Source: a candidate division WWE3 bacterium UBA1401 (lineage in GTDB: Bacteria > Patescibacteriota > WWE3 > UBA101185 > UBA10185). From it: a stretch of 64,000 nt of DNA. Made by a program: the position numbers and the translations under genes. Positions 62,900 to 64,000 of the stretch are shown here, one piece after another. The DNA is taken from contig DBQF01000001.1 in the NCBI GenBank assembly GCA_002305115.1, forward strand, positions 10,286 through 74,285, written 5' to 3'. The notes beneath the pieces are model-generated. The model did no database searches, was not told the origin of the DNA, and saw nothing but the letters and a program-made list of their open reading frames with translations. Each line of letters opens with the position of its first letter. Position 1 is the first letter of the stretch.

Positions 62900-62902
62900 C
62901 TT

Positions 62903-63517
62903 ATGGAAAACTTACTTGCTATCATTTTTCCACCCAAATGCTTTATATGTAACAATAGCTATGGTGTTATCTGCCCACGCTGCTTAAGCCAAGTCACAAT
63001 ACTGAATCGCGCCTATACTCTAGTTGGGGGCTTAAAGGTGTTAAGTATTTACGAGTATGAAGGCATAGTTAGGAAATGCATAAAAATCTCTAAATATTCT
63101 TCCCGGCAATTTGCAGCGCTAAAAAAGCTTTCAGCAGAAGCAGTAGCTTTAGTAGCTGGTAACTACACAGGATTTATCGTTATACCGATTCCCCTAAGTC
63201 GTGCAAAAGAAAGATGGCGTGGGTTTAACCATGCAGATCTAATTGCCAAAGAACTTGCTTTGCATTTTCAGTTGCCGGTTAATACTCGCATCTTAAAAAG
63301 AACCAAAGAAACAACCTCCCAATACAAGCTAGATAAGTTTGCACGAAAGCAAAACATAAAAGGCGCGTTTACAGTTGTTGGTGATGTTAAGAGCAAAAAG
63401 GTGCTACTGGTAGATGATGTGTGTACTTCGGGAAGTACATTAGCTGAGGCAGCCCGGGCGCTTTATGCCAGTGGTGCTGCGTATGTAGCAGCGTTTACTT
63501 TAAGTAGAAAGTCATAA
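62903..63517 (+). CDS. comF: ComF family protein (phosphoribosyltransferase domain with N-terminal zinc ribbon)
   Basis: The N-terminus has CFIC...CPRC. The C-terminal PRT motif is VLLVDDVCTSGSTL. Confidence 0.8.
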   Translation: MENLLAIIFPPKCFICNNSYGVICPRCLSQVTILNRAYTLVGGLKVLSIYEYEGIVRKCIKISKYSSRQFAALKKLSAEAVALVAGNYTGFIVIPIPLSRAKERWRGFNHADLIAKELALHFQLPVNTRILKRTKETTSQYKLDKFARKQNIKGAFTVVGDVKSKKVLLVDDVCTSGSTLAEAARALYASGAAYVAAFTLSRKS

Positions 63518-64000
63518 CTCAGCTTCAAGTATTTTTGTACCACTTAAAATATAAGCCTTAGTTTCGTCTGGAGAAATACCCATTGCTTCTATAGTTAGCC
63601 ATTCGCCTGTAACTCTTTTTACAAATTTCCCTTCTTTATTTAGTACTACAATGCTGTTATTTCCTTTATCCAACACATACAAGTAATCTAGATCTGGTGT
63701 GGTGTGGATTTTTGTGGGATTTGACAATGGTTTATCCAGATTGGTAAGTTCAAATGCTTCTTCCTTTCCCCCCGTATATTTATCTATAGACCCGTCTTTA
63801 TTTAGCACATAAATACTAAAGTCTATAGTCATCGAAACAGCTTCGCTAAATTTCTCGTTTTGTGCCCATACGGATTTTATTAGGGTTTCTTCTTTCGGCG
63901 TGTATTTATACAAAGTGTCTTTGGTTAGTTCGTAGAAAAAGCTCAGATACCTGCTCATAATAGCTGGGTTCTCCAATGCATGTGTTTCCTCCGCCGTGGT
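63512..64000 (-). CDS. hypothetical protein, C-terminal part (frame stays open to the window edge)
   Basis: The track start at 63976 is a TTG and the frame remains open upstream to position 64000. Repetitive beta-strand-like segments (YVLNKDGSI..., YVLDKGNNSIVVLNKEGKF) suggest a beta-propeller-type repeat. Confidence 0.4.
   Translation of the reverse strand, partial: TTAEETHALENPAIMSRYLSFFYELTKDTLYKYTPKEETLIKSVWAQNEKFSEAVSMTIDFSIYVLNKDGSIDKYTGGKEEAFELTNLDKPLSNPTKIHTTPDLDYLYVLDKGNNSIVVLNKEGKFVKRVTGEWLTIEAMGISPDETKAYILSGTKILEAEL

Overview
This 64-kb window comes from a compact, AT-rich, very gene-dense bacterial chromosome read with the standard code. I recognised no rRNA, tRNA or CRISPR array by eye. 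The gene content suggests, by inference only, a reduced-genome lineage of the Patescibacteria/CPR type. That content includes shortened housekeeping proteins, Gram-positive-type wall genes (FemAB-like, MurT/GatD, sortase, MurJ, FtsEX plus an M23 peptidase), PilN/PilO-like genes, a VirB4/PrgI-like module, and very little metabolism (gap, pgi). The window spans the replication-origin region. rpmH-rnpA-yidD-yidC-jag-dnaN-dnaG-rpoD run on the minus strand and diverge from dnaA on the plus strand. A DnaA-box cluster with an AT-rich tract lies after dnaA, and gene orientation switches there. Other blocks are: a UvrD-type helicase fused to a Cas4-like nuclease; rmuC, trxA and gap; an hrcA-grpE-dnaK-[pentapeptide insert]-dnaJ-like heat-shock cluster with CIRCE-like sites; lepA; an AbiEii-type toxin pair; glycosylation genes; a GIY-YIG element flanked by inverted repeats; tsaB/tsaE/tsaD; proS, valS, mutS and mpg; and a cohesin/dockerin gene pair. 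The most interesting non-genic signals are these. (1) Two paralogous ~180-nt intergenic modules each carry three GGAC-N-GTCC palindromes at conserved spacing. (2) A perfect 29-nt direct repeat brackets a two-gene cassette. (3) Period-7 tandem arrays place stop codons in all frames right after gene ends. (4) Extended -10 boxes lie 5-9 nt from many start codons, suggesting leaderless starts, while apparently foreign G+C-richer inserts use strong SD sites. All calls were made by eye from the sequence and ORF track. No searches or computations were run.
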